Part shown: one piece after another, positions 36,845 through 40,210 of the stretch | Position numbering within the stretch: position 1 is the first letter of the stretch | Layout of the letters: each line of letters starts with the position of its first letter | Assembly: GCA_038231435.1 (NCBI GenBank) | Contig: JBBRLJ010000045.1 | Location: forward strand, 1-40,210 | Direction of reading: 5' to 3' | DNA: 40,210 bases | From: Planctomycetota bacterium | Lineage (GTDB): Bacteria; Planctomycetota; UBA11346 | Made by a program: the position numbers and the translations under genes | Notes under the pieces: generated by a model | The model's input: the letters and a program-made list of their open reading frames with translations, nothing else | The model's database searches: none | What the model was told of the DNA's origin: nothing

Positions 36845-36950
36845 CTCGGCAACTTCTAGCCGCCACACGGGTTGGCGCCACGGCAAAGCCCAGGTCCCGT
36901 GACGGGCCCGCCGCCCGGGCGAGGGGTTGCCTTCAAGGCGCTGGGGCTAG

Positions 36951-38549
<1,599 letters not shown>

Positions 38550-38581
38550 AGGGAGCGCGGGCCCGGAGGGGCCGACGCTCA

Positions 38582-40153
38582 ATGTCAGACATGCACGACA
38601 AGATCATCATCCTCGATTTCGGTTCCCAGGTGACGCAGCTGATCGCGCGGCGCGTGCGCGAGGCGAACGTGTACTGCGAGATCCTGCCGTGCTCGGCGCC
38701 GATCGCGTCGTTCGTCGATCCCAACGTCAAGGGCATCATCTTCTCCGGCGGCCCAGCGTCGGTGTACGCGCACGGCGCGCCGACCATCGATCCCAAGGTC
38801 TATGCGGGCGGTGTGCCGGTGCTCGGCATCTGCTACGGCATGCAGATCACCGCGCACGTGACCGGGGGCACCGTCGTACGTGCCGATCACCGCGAGTTCG
38901 GCCGCACCGAGATCGAGGTCGACACCACCAACCCGCTGTTCAAGGGTCTGCCGGCGAAGCAGACGGTGTGGATGTCGCACGGCGACCGCATCGACGCGAT
39001 TCCCGGAGCGACGGTGATCGGCAAGTCGGCAAACTGCCCGCTCGCGGCGGTGATCGTGCCCAAGCTCGAGTTCCACGGCGTGCAGTTCCATCCCGAGGTT
39101 GCGCACACCGACCACGGCGTGGCGATGATCCGCAACTTCCTCTTCGAGATCTGCGGCTGCGCCGGCGATTGGAAGATGGGCTCGTTCATCGACGAGGAGA
39201 TCGCGCGCATCCGCCAGCAGGTCGGCAAGGAGCGCGTCATCCTCGGCCTCTCCGGCGGCGTCGATTCGAGCGTCGCCGCGGTGCTCCTGCACCGCGCCAT
39301 CGGCAAGCAGCTCACCTGCATCTTCGTCAACAACGGCGTGCTGCGCAAAGACGAGGCCGCGGGCGTGCGCAAGCTGTTCGCGGATTCCATCGGCATCAAC
39401 CTCGACTACGTCGACGCCACCGACCGTTTCCTCGACAAGCTCGCCGGACTCACCGATCCCGAGCGCAAGCGCAAGGCCATCGGCCACGAGTTCATCGCGG
39501 TCTTCAAGCACGAGGCCGAGCGACTGAAGCGCGCCGGTGGAGACTCCCAGGGTAAAGAAGTCAGATTCCTCGCCCAGGGCACGCTCTACCCCGATGTCAT
39601 CGAATCGACCTCGGTGCACGGCGGACCTGCGAGCGTCATCAAGAGCCACCACAACGTCGGCGGGCTGCCCGCCGATCTCGGCCTCGGCCTGGTCGAACCA
39701 TTCCGCTTCCTGTTCAAGGACGAGGTCCGCGCGATCGGCACCGCCCTCGGCCTGCCCGACAGCGTGGTCTGGCGCCAACCCTTCCCAGGCCCAGGCCTGG
39801 CCGTGCGCATCCTCGGCGAGGTCACGCGCCAGCGCGTGGCCGTGCTTCAGGAAGCCGACGCCATCGTCCGCGCCGAGATCGCCAAGGCCGGCCTCGAACG
39901 CGCGATCTGGCAGGCCTTCGCCGTGCTGCTGCCGGTCAAATCCGTCGGCGTGATGGGCGACGAACGCACCTACGAGGACACCTGCGCGCTGCGCGCCGTG
40001 ACCTCTTCCGACGGCATGACCGCCGACTGGGCGAAGCTGCCGTACGACGTGCTGGGGACGATCTCTAATCGCATCATCAACGAGGTGCGCGGCATCAATC
40101 GGGTGGTCTACGACATCACGTCGAAGCCGCCGGGGACGATTGAGTGGGAGTGA
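38582..40153 (+). CDS. guaA: GMP synthase (glutamine-hydrolysing)
   Basis: [41 protein letters not shown]. Confidence 0.97.
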   Translation: MSDMHDKIIILDFGSQVTQLIARRVREANVYCEILPCSAPIASFVDPNVKGIIFSGGPASVYAHGAPTIDPKVYAGGVPVLGICYGMQITAHVTGGTVVRADHREFGRTEIEVDTTNPLFKGLPAKQTVWMSHGDRIDAIPGATVIGKSANCPLAAVIVPKLEFHGVQFHPEVAHTDHGVAMIRNFLFEICGCAGDWKMGSFIDEEIARIRQQVGKERVILGLSGGVDSSVAAVLLHRAIGKQLTCIFVNNGVLRKDEAAGVRKLFADSIGINLDYVDATDRFLDKLAGLTDPERKRKAIGHEFIAVFKHEAERLKRAGGDSQGKEVRFLAQGTLYPDVIESTSVHGGPASVIKSHHNVGGLPADLGLGLVEPFRFLFKDEVRAIGTALGLPDSVVWRQPFPGPGLAVRILGEVTRQRVAVLQEADAIVRAEIAKAGLERAIWQAFAVLLPVKSVGVMGDERTYEDTCALRAVTSSDGMTADWAKLPYDVLGTISNRIINEVRGINRVVYDITSKPPGTIEWE

Positions 40154-40210
40154 ATGACAACAGGGGCTTATAGCTCCTTGTCGTCTTCCTCTCTCGCTCA
40201 CCCAGTTCGC

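Overview
High-GC bacterial chromosomal segment. A Planctomycetota/PVC origin is inferred from gene content (BatA/vWA pair, NPCBM protein, sulfatase, PhyH) and is not proven. It opens on the 3' end of an ISL3-family transposase. It then carries catabolic, transport and regulatory genes (BNR protein, MATE, MDR dehydrogenase, sugar-phosphate isomerase, PhyH, nucleoside hydrolase, two lone receivers, an AraC-linked PIG-L/SIS fusion plus Gfo/Idh/MocA, IclR plus sulfatase) and core genes (acpP, fabF, pcm, trpC, family-4 UDG, fusA, cdsA, guaB, guaA). The most notable observations are: (1) a second ACP-like gene after fabF whose phosphopantetheine-attachment DSL motif is replaced by NHL; (2) a seven-copy modular hairpin repeat family with compensatory base changes, which supplies a near-identical 15-aa C-terminus and stop codon to two unrelated proteins and is flanked by an apparent strand-specific codon skew; (3) a PIG-L deacetylase-SIS fusion; (4) a trypsin-fold protein lacking the catalytic Ser. 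All calls come from reading the sequence and motifs by eye; no searches were run.
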